64,000 bases of DNA from contig NC_092376.1 of assembly GCF_030028105.1 (NCBI RefSeq), forward strand, positions 105,584,230-105,648,229. Reading direction: 5' to 3'. The notes beneath the pieces are model-generated. The model was not told the origin of the DNA, did not search any database, and saw only the letters and a list, made by a program, of their open reading frames with translations. This document shows positions 37,773 through 49,838 of the stretch, piece by piece (position 1 is the stretch's first letter; each line of letters starts with the position of its first letter). The translations under genes and the position numbers were made by a program. Origin of the DNA: Mobula birostris. Lineage: Eukaryota.

Positions 37773-38244
37773 ATTTGTACAAAGCATTGCCAGGAACTAC
37801 TTTGAATACCAGTCCCTCTTCTGGGCACACTAATCCAAAAGGAAGTGTTAGTTTTCCAGACAATACTGTTTAGTTTCATCAGAAAATAGTCTTAAACCTT
37901 CAGAAGTTAAATTATAAAGATCTTTTGCTTGTATTCCCATGAGCAAGAATGCTAAGATGTTGTCTAATTAGTAGAGAAATGAGTTAGAGACATAATAAGG
38001 TAAGTATAGAGAGAGAAAAAATTTGCTGGGCTAGTGAAGGAAGATCACACAAGAATGAAGTTACAGATTGGCCATTTGGGACAGAAATTAAAAGGCACTT
38101 ATTCACTTAAAGTGAAGTGTGGGATAGTACTCTGACAGCACAGATCTGGGTCAATTGGGGTAAGCTTTGGCTTTGTAGACAGCAGCATGTAAAGAATGTT
38201 TAGAACAGATTTATCTACTGTCTCTTATACAAGCAAGTAGGTGA

Positions 38245-39075
38245 ACCTGTAGTCAGGTGTAATAAGGTCAGGGGATCAGAGCTGGAGAGGATCAACAACT
38301 TTAAATTCCTTGGCATTATCATTTCAAGAGATCTGTTGTGGGTCCATGCCTCCATTACAATGAAGGCTTGACAGCACCTCTACTTCCTTAGAAGTTTGCG
38401 AAGATTCGGCATGTCATCTAAAACTTTGACAAATTTCTGTAGGTGTGTTGTGGAGAGGATATTAAGTGTTGCATCATAGTCTGTAATGGAAACACCAATT
38501 TCCTTGAATGCAAAAGCCTAAGAAAAGTAGTGGATACAGCCCAGTCCCTAAGGGGTAAATCCATCCCCACCATTGAGCACATTTACAAGGAGTTCTGTCA
38601 GAAGTAGCATCCATGATCAAGGATATCTACCATCCAGGCCATAGTCTCTTCTTGCTGCTACCATCAAGAATGGAGTACAGGAGCTTCAGGTCCCACAGGA
38701 CCCACACGTCCAGGTTCAGGAACAGTTATTACCCCTCAACCATCAAGCTCTTGAACCAGAGGGGATAACTTCATTCAACTTCACTCAGCCCATAACTGAA
38801 TTGTTCCCATAACCAATGGATTCACTTTCAAGGATTCTTCATCACATGTTCTTGATATTTATTGCTTAGATATCATGATTTTGTTTGTTCTTTTTGTCTC
38901 TTTCTGTATTTGCAGCTTGTTGTCTTTTGTACATTGGTTTGTTTTGTGTGCAGTTTGTCATTGATTCTTCTGTGTTTCTTTGTATTTACTGTGAGTGCCC
39001 AGAAGAAAATGAATCTCAGGGTAGAATACGGTCACATATATGTACTTAGTTAATAAATTTACTTTTGAACTTTTT
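38245..39075 (+). mobile_element. Rex1/Babar-like LINE 3' fragment
   Basis: NFKFLGI, QHLYFLRSLRRFGMS, RFRNSYYPSTI; 3' end GAATCTCAGGGTAGAATACGG...AATAAATTTACTTTTGAAC. Confidence 0.8.
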
Positions 39076-39391
39076 AATGTATCACAGTTCTGCAGGACTG
39101 CGCAAATCGTCCTCTCTAAATGCTTTGTATGACATACTTCCTCCGGACTGAACACCCTTCTACAGACAAAAGACAGCTAAGAAATGGCCCAGTTAAAGCT
39201 TCACTTACAGGTCTGTTTGTTGAAAAAAAATGGAGATCTCATTTGCTAAAATTACTTAACTATCTAGCCATCTGATTAATCTGGTATAAGTGGTGTTCTG
39301 AAGGTATATGGTCTTAAGTTAACTCAAAGAGGTTTAGCTTTAGTGTCATTAAATCAATCAGCCTCTTGTTGCCTTATTATTCCTGTAGTCC

Positions 39392-40870
39392 ATAGAAAAA
39401 AACATAGAAACTACAGCACAGAAACAGGCCTTTTGGCCCTTCTTGGCTGTGCCGAACCATTTTCTGCCTAGTTCCACTGACCTGCACACGGACCATATCC
39501 CTCCATACACCTCCCATCCATGTATCTGTCCAATTTATTCTTAAATGTTAAAAAAGAACCCGCATTTACCACCTCATCTGGCAGCTCATTCCATACTCCC
39601 ACCACTCTCTGTGTGAAGAAGCCCCCACTAATGCTCCCTTTAAGCTTTTCTCCCCTCACCCTTAACCCATGTCCTCTGGTTGTTTTCTCCCCTTGCCTCA
39701 GTGGAAAAAGCCTGCTTGCATTCACTCTATCTATACCCATCATAATTTTATATACCTCTATCAAATCTCCCCTCATTCTTCTACGCTCCAGGGAATAAAG
39801 TCCTAACCTATTCAACCTTTCTCTGTAACTGAGTTTCTCAAGTCCTGGCAACATCCTTGTAAACCTTCTCTGCACTCTTTCAACCTTAGTTATATCCTTC
39901 CTGTAATTTGGTGACCAAATCTGAACACAATACTCCAGATTCGGCCTCACCAATGCCTTATACAACCTCATCATAACATTCCAGCTCTTATACTCAATAC
40001 TTTGATTTATATAGGCCAATGTACCAAAAGCTCTCTTTATGACCCTATCTACCTGTGATGCCACTTTTAGGGAATTTTGTATCTGTATTCCCAGATCCCT
40101 CTGTTCTACTGCGCTCCTCAGTGCCTTACCATTTACCCTGTTCTTGAATCTCTGAGTGTGTGCTTTCAGGCTTTACTACCTCCGAAATGATGGTAACAGT
40201 GAGAAATGGGCATGCCCTGGGTGCTGGAGGTCCTTCATAATGGATGCTGCTTTTCTGAGGCACTGCTCCCTAAAGATGTCCTGGGTACATTGTAGGCTAG
40301 TGCCCAAGATGGAGCCATCTAGATTTACAACCTTCTGCAGCTCCTTTCGGTCCTGTGCAGTAGCACCACCACCCCCATACCAGACAGTGATGCAGCCTGT
40401 CAGAATGCTCTCCATGATCCGATTTACCACATTATCATTCAGATCACTGATATAGATGACAAATAACAATGGACCCGACACTGATCCCTGTGGCACACCA
40501 TTAGTCACAGGCCTCCAGTCTGAGAAGCAATTCTCTACTACCACTCTTTGGCTTCTTCCATTGAGCCAATGTCTAATCCAATTTACCACCTCTCCATGTA
40601 TACCTAGTGACCGTATTTTCCTAACTAACCTCCCATGCAGGACCTTGTCAAAGGCCTTACTGAAGTCCATGTAGACAACATCCACTGCCTTCCCTTCATC
40701 CACTTTCCTGGTAACCTCCTCGAAAAACTCCAATAGATTGGTCAAACATGACCTACCACGCACAAAGCCATGTTGACTCTCCCTAATAAGTCCCTGTCTA
40801 TCCAAATGCTTGTAGATTCTGTCTCTTAGTACTCCCTCCAATAACTTACCTACTACCGACGTTAAACTCA
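39392..40870 (-). mobile_element. Young CR1 LINE ORF2 3' half, with an internal Rex1/Babar-like patch (40141-40415)
   Basis: Open ORFs 39468..40064 and 40176..40871 with CR1 RT motifs; the patch encodes ESILTGCITVWYG...LQKVV...HPGHAHFSLLPS. Confidence 0.92.
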
Positions 40871-42299
40871 AAAGTCACCCAAAATTATTCATGAACACCA
40901 GCATTTTGTACAAATATGTCTTTAAAGTAGTAGAGGTTACATGCTCACATCAAGAGGATAATTAATTCAGAAGATGATTCAGTTATAGATCCCCTGAGAA
41001 AGAAATAGTAAGATTATGATTTCCCAATTGCAGGAATTCTCAAATTACACTACAGCAGGTGAAATGATTTTGAATTGTATTGTTGAAAGCAGCTGCAAAT
41101 TTGCACACAACAAAATCCCACAAAGTTAATGATCAGGAAGAGATAAGATGACAATATTAAAAGAAGAAAGAACAGCAGCATCACAACAAAGAACAGACCT
41201 AAAGTGAACAAAGAGGAAAAGAGAAGAGTCCTTTGTAAGCAGCATATCCTTTGAAGTGAAGATGCTAACACAAGTAGATTCAGAGGGGTACTGGAGTGGA
41301 GAGGGAATGGTTTAGATCCCTGGGATCATGATGGGGAAGATGGTGCCTATGCAGATCAGTTAGATTCAACTTCCACCATCACTGGAGCTACTGCAGGTGT
41401 GGAAGGCATGTTTATGTATTTGGGGAGAGTATAAATTAGCTTGACAGGGAATGCAAAAAATCAACAAAGACTGAAGGGAGAAAGCTGACCTGGAGATGGA
41501 AGGCAGAAAATTAATGAGAAGGGCTAAAAGACTGAAATAAAACAAAGGTTAGAACAAAAAGCAGTGTGCCCAATACTGTATACCTCAATGCAAAGAATAT
41601 AGCGAACAAGGCAGATTAGGTGAAGCACTATTAGACACAAGAAAATATATGATAGCTGTTGCAGAAGTATATAAGACTGGCAACTTAACATTCATGCTTC
41701 AGCTGAGATATAGACATGGATAAGAAAGGAAAGGTTGTGGGGGAGGGAGTGGTAGTATTGATTAAAATAACATTTACAGTTGTGAGAAATAAAGGTATGA
41801 AGCAGGGGTCATCTAATGAGGCTGAAGGCACTGAATTAAAAATGAAAAAGGAGGCAGTAACATTGTTTGACCTCCAAGCAGTCTGAGAGAGCTAGAAGGG
41901 AACATTTGAAACAAGTTCCTGACTGTTGCATAAGCACTGGGGCAGTAGTAGTGGGAGACTTCAATGACCTAAATATTGCAAGACAGGTTACAAAGTACAG
42001 AAAAAAAACAAAGTCCATTTGGGTGAAAACCTTTAGCTAGTGTGTGATAAACCACATAAGTGTAGAGAAGCCCTGAATTAATTAGGCAGGTAGAAGGAAC
42101 AGTTTTTGTGGTACTGATCATAATTCAGCTAAATTTAGAGTAATTCTAGAAAAGGACGAAGCTAAAGGAGTAATAACAATTCTAAACTGAGGTCAGGCCA
42201 ATTTTACTAAACGCCAAGGTTATTCGGTGAATGTGTATTGGAAACAGCAGTTTGAAAGTAAATTAATTTCAGTATACTGGGAAGAATTCTAGAAAGAAA

Positions 42300-42846
42300 T
42301 CCTCCGTCCCAGGATACTGACAGACTTTTACCACTGTACCATTGAGAGCATACTCACCAACTGCATCTCAGTGTGGTATGGCAATTGTCCCGTATTGGAC
42401 CGCAAAGCACTCCAGCGTGTGGTGAAAAATGCCCAGCAGATTATCGGCACCCAATTGCCCACCATTGACAACATCTACCATAAACGCTGCTGGGCAGGGC
42501 GAAACGCATTATCAAGCATGCTTCTCACCCTAACCATGGACTTTTTACTCTCCTCCCATCCGGTAGGTGATACAGGAGCCTCTGCTCCCACACCAGCAGG
42601 CACAGGAACAGCTTCTTCCTTGAGGCTGCGACCCTGCTGAACCTCACATCACAGCGCTAAGCAGTATTGCACCCATATTGTACTGTCTCAGTACTTTTAT
42701 ATTTGTGTGCTGTAGCACTTACTTTTTATTCACAATTATTTTGTAAATGACACTATTCTTTGCAGTTCTGGTTAGATGCTAACTGCATTTCATTGGCTTT
42801 GTATCTGTACTCGGCACAATGACAATGAAGTTGAATCTAATCTAAT
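42300..42846 (+). mobile_element. Rex1/Babar LINE 3' fragment
   Basis: FYHCTIESILTNCISVWYGNC...LQRVVKNAQ; (TCTAA)n tail. Confidence 0.85.
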
Positions 42847-43403
42847 CCACATGTTCTCACAAAGATAAATGACAAAACTGCCAAATCCAGAGCTTAAAAT
42901 GTAGAATAAGACAGGAAAGGAGAGGGAATGTCAAGAACAGAGGGCTTTACATCTCAGATGGCCTGTGAAAGTATTGGAAGTATAGGAATGAAATTCAGAT
43001 GACTATGGAAATAGTAAGGCTAATTCAGGACTGGAGGTTTTCAATAAATATTTTGCAATCTCTTCACATTAAAGGGCATGACACTGAGGTTGCAGTGTGA
43101 AGTACTGGATCAGGTGAACATAACAAAAGTAGAACTATAAGGCATTAATATCTTTGAAGGTGGATAAAATGCCAAATCTAGCTGTTTAAAAGGAAACAAT
43201 AAAAGGGAAACTACAAGAGTCTGCTACAATTTTAAAAATTTTCATAGATACATTCAGTTTTGGAAGGGTAATAAGGGACATGAAACATTGTGAATTACCA
43301 ATTCAATGGAATTTTGTGAGCTTACAAGGACGGTCATTGAGTTCAACATTTGGGTGTTATAGTCTAGGCAGATTTTGCAAGTCTTTTGGTAAGGTCTGGT
43401 ATT

Positions 43404-44056
43404 TGATTTACAAGGATGTTGCCCAGATTGGGGAGCATGCCTTATGAGAATAGGTTGTGTGAACTTGGCCTTTTCTCCTTGGAGCAACAGAGGATGAGAG
43501 GTGATCTAATAGATGTGCACAAGATAATGAGAGGCATTGATTGTGTGGATAGTCAGAGGTTTTTTTCTCAAGGCTGAAATGGCTAACACAAGAGGGCACT
43601 GTTTTAAGGTGCTTGATAGTAGGTACAGAGGAGATGTCGGGAGTAAGTTTTTTACGCAGAGAGTGATGAGTGCGTGGAATGGGCTGCTGGCAATGGTGGT
43701 GGAGGTGAATACAATATTGTCTTTTAAGAGACTCTTGGATAGGTTCATGGAGCTTAGAAAAATAGAGGGCTATTGGTAACCCTAGGTAATATCTAAAGTA
43801 AACACATGTTCGGCACAGCATTTTGGGCTGAAGGGCCTGTATTGTGCTGTAGGGTTTCTGTGTTTCTATGTTTCTATCTCTCTTCAGGTCCTTCTCCCTT
43901 TTCCTACCTATGTTGCTGGTACCAATGTGTACCACAACCTTGAGCTGCTCGCCTGATCCAAGATATCCCTGAACCCACCACATAGGAGGCAAGATACGGT
44001 CCGGCTGCTGAAGGGCCTGTATTGTGCTGTAGGTTTTCTGTTTCTATGTTCCTATG
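43404..44056 (+). mobile_element. Young CR1 3' end + inverted CR1 ORF1 (SGNH esterase) fragment + duplicated CR1 tail
   Basis: Tail ends ~43877; 43878-44005 (-) encodes GEQLKVVVHIGTSNIGRKRE; 44007-44056 repeats GCTGAAGGGCCTGTATTGTGCTGTAGG. Confidence 0.85.
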
Positions 44057-44499
44057 GCAAGATAGTCAAGAAAAAGTAAAAGCCCGGGATAACTTACAAA
44101 TGAGGTCTGAATTTGGCTCAATAGCAGGAATATTTGATGAGGGTTTTGAAACAAAAAGGGTGTCATTAATAAGTTTCAACAGGGTTTAGTGCTCTGTCTC
44201 CATGTTTTTCTATCATACATTAGACCAACATATAGATAACATGATAAAGAAGTTTGGAGATGAAACAAACATGACTATGTGATTGAAAGTGAGGAAGAGG
44301 GATTTAGACTGCAGGAGTTATTGATCTGATCAGTTGAATAGAGACATGGCAAATGAGATTTAATCCAGTCAAGTTTGAGGTAATGTACTTGGAGAGGCAC
44401 AACATAATGAAAGAATATATAATAAAAGGGAGGAAATTGACTCATGTGGAGGAATTTTAGAATATATATCTACAGATCCTTAGGGGTAGCAGGACATTT

Positions 44500-45890
44500 G
44501 GGATGTATGAGAGCTAAGTAACAGAATCTATGTGGTTGGAAATAAGGAACAGTAAAGGAGCTGTTATCCTGCTTGATAGCTTTAATAGGCCAGCTAGTAA
44601 GCAAAGTGAGATGGAGTAACAAGCATTGCAAATCTGCAAATAGACTGGTTAAATGGAGAGGATGATAGCGGGAGACTTTACCTGCCTAAAAACTTGCCCA
44701 AAGCTATAATTATGCCAAAGAAGAAGTTGTGGGGTAGAAAACAGAAGTTCAAAGAATGTTCAGGATAATTCTGATAAGAAAGAGACATTGTTGGATCTGA
44801 TCCCAAGAAATAAAGTAGTTAAAAGGATGGCCAACATCACAGGAATAAATATCATATGGAAAAGGCAGGATGCTGGGACCAGAGGCAAGGGTTGGGAGGG
44901 TTCTGCTCCCTGCTCTGTGCTGGACTGAGACAGTGGCTTGCTCTGGCTACTCTGAGCATCATGTCTAAGGACTCACTTTCATTCTAAATGCCCTTTGCTT
45001 GTTCTTATTGTTTGCACAATTAGTTTCTTTTTCTCTCTGTACATTAGCTGATTGTCACTCTTCTTTGTTCTTTTTGGTTTCTTTGTTTTGTGGCTGCCTG
45101 TAAGGAGTTGATTCTCAAAGTTGTAGGATGTGTACATCCTTTGAACTTTGTGATTATAAAGGTTACACTAGTTATAGAGAAAGGCAAGGAGCAGCCCACC
45201 TAGCATTCTGGAAGTTCTGGGCAGGGTTAATTGTAGTGAATTAAAATAGTATCTGGTGGGATAATAAAATATATGACAAAGACAGGCAGGAAAAAATAAA
45301 ATAGAGTAATCAGAGGGCCTTTAAAGAGAAGCAGTTGTGTTAGAGTGTATTGAACAAGGTAAAAGAAGAGGGCAGCTTGCAATTTCTGCCTTCTGATGGA
45401 AGGAGAGAATAGAATTCAGCAGGAAAAAGTAGCATGTGACAAAACAGCACCTGGACGATTTGACACTAAATATAAGGAGAAATATGAAAGGAAAATATAC
45501 AAGAAGAAAAATTTAGACATTAACATAAATGAGAACCTAAGATCATCTGTATGTCCCTAAGCAATAAAGGACCCAGTTTCTGCATTAAATAAAGACCTAT
45601 TAGTTTGAAATGGTTATCGAATGGTGACTGAGGTGAATTACTTTACTAAAGTTATTATGATTAAAGGTCTTGTCAGAAAACCAGGCTACATCAATTAAGT
45701 AAGTTAGATGTCTGAGAAGTTACAGCATTCCCCAACGTGGACAAGGCTGCCTAGGAACCTTGAAGAAACCAAGCTCAGAAAGCTGCTGCTGACATACTCC
45801 TAAACATACTTGGATCGAAGAATTGTGCCTGAAGACTGGAAGTTTGCAAATGTAGTAGCCCTAAGATGAAAGAATCATGATAAGCAGGGT
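44500..45890 (+). mobile_element. Decayed CR1 ORF2 relic with a nested non-autonomous element (~44870-45150)
   Basis: ESMWLEIRN, AGDF, LLDLI and VPEDWKFANV remnants. Confidence 0.55.
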
Positions 45891-45914
45891 TACAAATTGA
45901 AGGCATTAAACATG

Positions 45915-46120
45915 AAAAGCATGTTCCTTTCATTTAGCATCTTTCCCAATCTCAGCAGATCCTAAAGTACATTACAACCCATGCAATCCTTTGAAGTTAC
46001 TGCTGCAACATTAAAAAATCCAATATTTAATTTGTGCATAGCAAGGCCCACAAGCTTTAAGTGATGTTGGTTAAAGGATAAATATTGACAAGGGTACTGG
46101 AAATAAATTCTACCTTGTAG
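45915..46120 (-). mobile_element. Deu-domain SINE relic
   Basis: AATTTGTGCATAGCAAGGCCCACAAGC...TGATGTTGGTTAAAGGATAAATATTG is the reverse complement of the Deu core. Confidence 0.65.
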
Positions 46121-46937
46121 GATTTTTACATCCATTTTTGAGGAAGCATGTGTTTTGTTTAGCATCCCATGAAGTAACCATCAGCCAGGCTGAAGTACTA
46201 TACTGGAGTGTCAGCTCAACAACAGGAGAAAAGAAAAAGATTCAGCCAATGTTACAGACCGAGACGGGGGAATGGTTCTGGAATAAGGAAATGGCAGAGA
46301 AATTAAACAAGTATCTAGCAGTTGATGCCACAGAAGGTACAGTAAGCCTCTTGGAAATAATGGTGAACTACAATTCAGGAGTAAAGAAAGATTTCCAGAA
46401 CTTGTGATCAATAAAAAAAAAGTACTGGAAAAATAAATGGACTGTTGGGCAGTAAGTCCATAGAAGTTGATATCTCACACCCTCAGACTTTGAAAGGATA
46501 GCTAAGGAGTTAGAAAATGCACTTTTTATTATCCAACAGAATTGTGTATATTTTATTATGGAATCAATAGAGTAAAAAGTAAAAAATGGAACTCAGCCTT
46601 TAAAAAAGGGAAGGAGATAAATCAAGAAACTATATAAATAAAAAGGGAGGGAGATAAATCAAGAGGGGAGTGGTCATTGCTTTGCTGCTGCTTATATGTC
46701 GGGGGAGTTGGGGTGGGGTGGCTCTGGGGTTCTAACATTTAAAAGTTATTCATTCTTTAGGCACTCCTCTGTTTTCATGGATGTTTGTGAAGAAAAAGAA
46801 TTTCAGGATGTATGTTGTATACATTTCTCTGACATTAAATGTACCCATTGAACCTATTGAATTTACTTTTGGTTGACTCGATTGCAGGGGATATGGTATG
46901 CTAATGGTGGATGGATCTCCAATTAAATTTGAAAGAC

Positions 46938-47068
46938 CTTCAAATCCCTTACTGACTCTTCCTTCAGTTAGTCCTGACGAAGGGTCTCGGCCTGAAACGT
47001 CGACTGCACCTCTTCCTAGAGATGCTGCTTGGCCTGCTGCGTTCACCAGCAACTTTGATGTGTGTTGT
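46938..47068 (+). mobile_element. Young PLE pLTR fragment, tail-less, with intact hammerhead (46970-47005)
   Basis: Near-identical to 4138-4268. Confidence 0.9.
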
Positions 47069-48009
47069 TGCATTTTCAGCTGGTTTCACCTTTAAGCCTG
47101 TACTGGTCTGGTGAATGTGAGCCCCTGCGACAATGGTAACACAATTTGTTTGGCCATGCTGATTACTGTTTTGAAGTTGCAATTTTGTTCACACTCACTT
47201 TTCTTCCTGACTGCAAATCAGTTTAGTCTTGGCTGCTGTTTCCATTGATACAGCGATTTCAACTGCTTTTTAAAATGTGAATTGTGCTTCAGTTAGGAGA
47301 TATTTTTGAATGTTTTCTTGTAAGATTCCACAAACTAAGTGATCTCCCTGTGCATCATTAAGTCCAATGCTGAACTATCAATGCTCAGGCAATTTCTTGA
47401 AACTAAACACATAAGCTAAAATTGACACCCCTACCTTTTGGTTCCATTTATGAAACCTAATACATTCTACAATCAACAATGTTTTTTTTCTGAATGTTCT
47501 TGCATTACTTTCATGATTTCAACAAAGCTCATTTCAGCTGGTTTGGTTGTAGCAATCAATCTTCTAAGCAGACTGTATGCTTTCCCACCAATTGCACTCA
47601 GTAATACTAGCATGTCCTTTTCATTGGCTATTTCATTTGTTTCAAGTTACTACTCAATTCTTTCAGTATACAATAGCCTGTTTTCTGTTGTGCAATCAAA
47701 CTCATCATCCTTCCAATATCACTCGGTCCTCAGAGTTTATGAACCTGTGAAGTTCATCTGTTTACTGCTTTTTTTTATTCAACCCTCTCTATCCCCTTGC
47801 AAAGAAACACATGCTGCACTTCTTAAACTGAAACATCTCTCTCTCTCCCCCCCCCCATGAAGTTAAAAAACATAATATGTTTTTAACTTGAACATCTTGC
47901 TGCGCTTCAACAGGTAGGCAGTCATCTCAGGTTTGTTTCAAAACTTCTCATCATCACTCGGTAGATTTGTAACTCTAAACAAATTAAAAGAAAAACACGG
48001 GAGCCCCAA

Positions 48010-48612
48010 ATGCAAACACTAGGAAATCTGCAGATGCTGGAAATTCAAGCAACACACACAAAATGCTGGTGGAATGCAGCAGGCCAGGCAGCATCTATAA
48101 GAAGAGGTACAGTCAACGTTTCAGGCCGAGACCCTTTGTCAGGACTAACTGAAAGAAGAAGTAGTAAGAGATTTGGAAGTGGGAGGGAGAGGGGGAGATC
48201 CAAAATAATAGGAGAAGACAGGACAGGAGCTAAGAGCTGGAAAGTTGATTGGCAAAAGGGATACAAGGCTGGAGGAAGGAGAGGATCATGGGACGGGAGG
48301 CCTAGGGAGAGAGAAAGGGAGAGGGGAGCCCAGAGGAAGATGGAGAGCAGGCAAGGAGTTACAGTGAGAGGGACAGAGGTAGAAAAAAGAGAGAGAGAAG
48401 AAATGGGAATAAAATAAAAAATAATAAATAAATAAGTAAGAGATGGGGTAAGAAGGGGAGGAGGGGCATTAATGGAAGTTAGAGAAGTCAATGTTCATGC
48501 CATCAGGTTGGAGGCTACCCAGAATATATGGTGTTGTTCCTCCAACCTGAGTGTGGCTTCATCTTGACAGTAGAAGAGACCATGGATGGGCATATCAGAA
48601 TGGGAATGGGAA
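48010..48612 (-). mobile_element. PLE pLTR with tail; hammerhead (48111-48146) has a mutated core
   Basis: Similar to 631-1168; core reads CTGACAA...GAAACGTT. Confidence 0.9.
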
Positions 48613-49611
48613 TATATTTACAATATTACTCAAATATTACTGAAATGCTAAATGCACTGTAGTGTTTTAGATAACAGGTGGGGATGGATTGAGTGTTTGT
48701 TAATGAATGGAAGACAGAGTAGAAATAAATTTTATTTTGAATTGGGAAATGGTGATAAGTTCCATAAGCCATAGTTATGATAACACAGCCTTTTATAAAT
48801 GATATCAGTAATTTGGAAAGAGGATCAAATATAACATATCAAAATTTGGTGATGACACAAAGCTGGATAATACGTGAGCTGTTATGAGGATGTGCTAAAG
48901 GTGAATTAGATAGGTTATGTGAATGACAAAGTTGTGCCAGATGGAAAATAACATGCAATAATGTGAAATTATTACTTAAGTAGAAAAAAACAAAGATTAT
49001 GTATTTATTAAATGTTGGAATTTGGAAATTTATTGACATATAAAGGGACCTTGGTGTTCTTGTACTTAAAAAAAGTATTGTATGTGATAAGGCAATATAA
49101 CGAACAATTATAAAGGTAATTGTTAGCTTCTTTTACACCACATCTAGCTCTCCCTAGCTACGTGGAAGTGTATTTTCAGGACAGAGAATCCTGAGGTGGC
49201 AGCTCTATGGTGTGAGGAGAAATTAAGCAGACCGGGCCTGTATTCACCTGAATTAAGAAAAATGGGAGTTGAGTTGTTTGAAAATTATGAGATTTTTAAG
49301 GGGGTTAACAGGGTAAATGCAAGGATATTTCCTGTGGCTGGAAAGTTTGGAGTCAGGAGTTACAGTCTCACATTTAGGGTTCAAAACAGAGATGGAAACA
49401 GCATCGAGTAGTTGTTTCAGATTTTCTCTCCATTGCACCATTGAAGGTTCAGCTATTTCAGTTATCCAGTATATTCAAAATAAGGAAGATCAGATTTTAG
49501 TTATTGCAGGATTCACTGGAAATGAGATTTGTTCAGGTAAGTGTCACTGAGGTAAAATATCAGCCATGATCTTGTAGGCATTGAGGCAAAAGATCAACCA
49601 TAACCTTAAAG

Positions 49612-49838
49612 ACAACAAGCAATCTGCTGGAGGAATTCAACAGGTCAAGTAGGATCTGTGGGAGAACAGAAATTGTTGACAATTTGGATCGAAATCCTGT
49701 ATGAAGACTTGATGTAGTGTTCTTACCTGAAACATCAACAATTCCTTTACTCTCACAGATGTTGCCTAGCCCACTGAGCTCCTCCACCACACTAGTTGCA
49801 TCTCCAGTTTCCAGCATCTGCAGTCTGTTGCATCTCCT
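49612..49838. mobile_element. Old fold-back PLE mini-element
   Basis: Inverted arms (CTGCTGGAGGAATTCAACAGG...TGTTGACAATTT vs CCTGAAACATCAACAATTCC...CTGAGCTCCTCCA); tail on the right arm; imperfect TSD TAACCTTAAAG (49601-49611) / TAATCTTAAAG (49839-49849). Confidence 0.7.

Larger units (their letters stand above)
41190..44500 (+). mobile_element. Old long CR1 copy hosting nested insertions
   Basis: Decayed YLNAxSI, VVVGDFN and DHN motifs; the RT continues across the insertions at 42300-42846 and 43404-44056. Confidence 0.65.
46865..48660 (-). mobile_element. Ty3/Gypsy LTR relic (5' LTR, decayed PBS ~47947-47957, gag) interrupted by two PLE fragments
   Basis: Collinear with 60390-61781; the LTR end ATATTACTGAAATGCTAAATGCAC is shared; lies inside an old CR1 (46180-46640 / 48660-49580). 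Confidence 0.75.
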
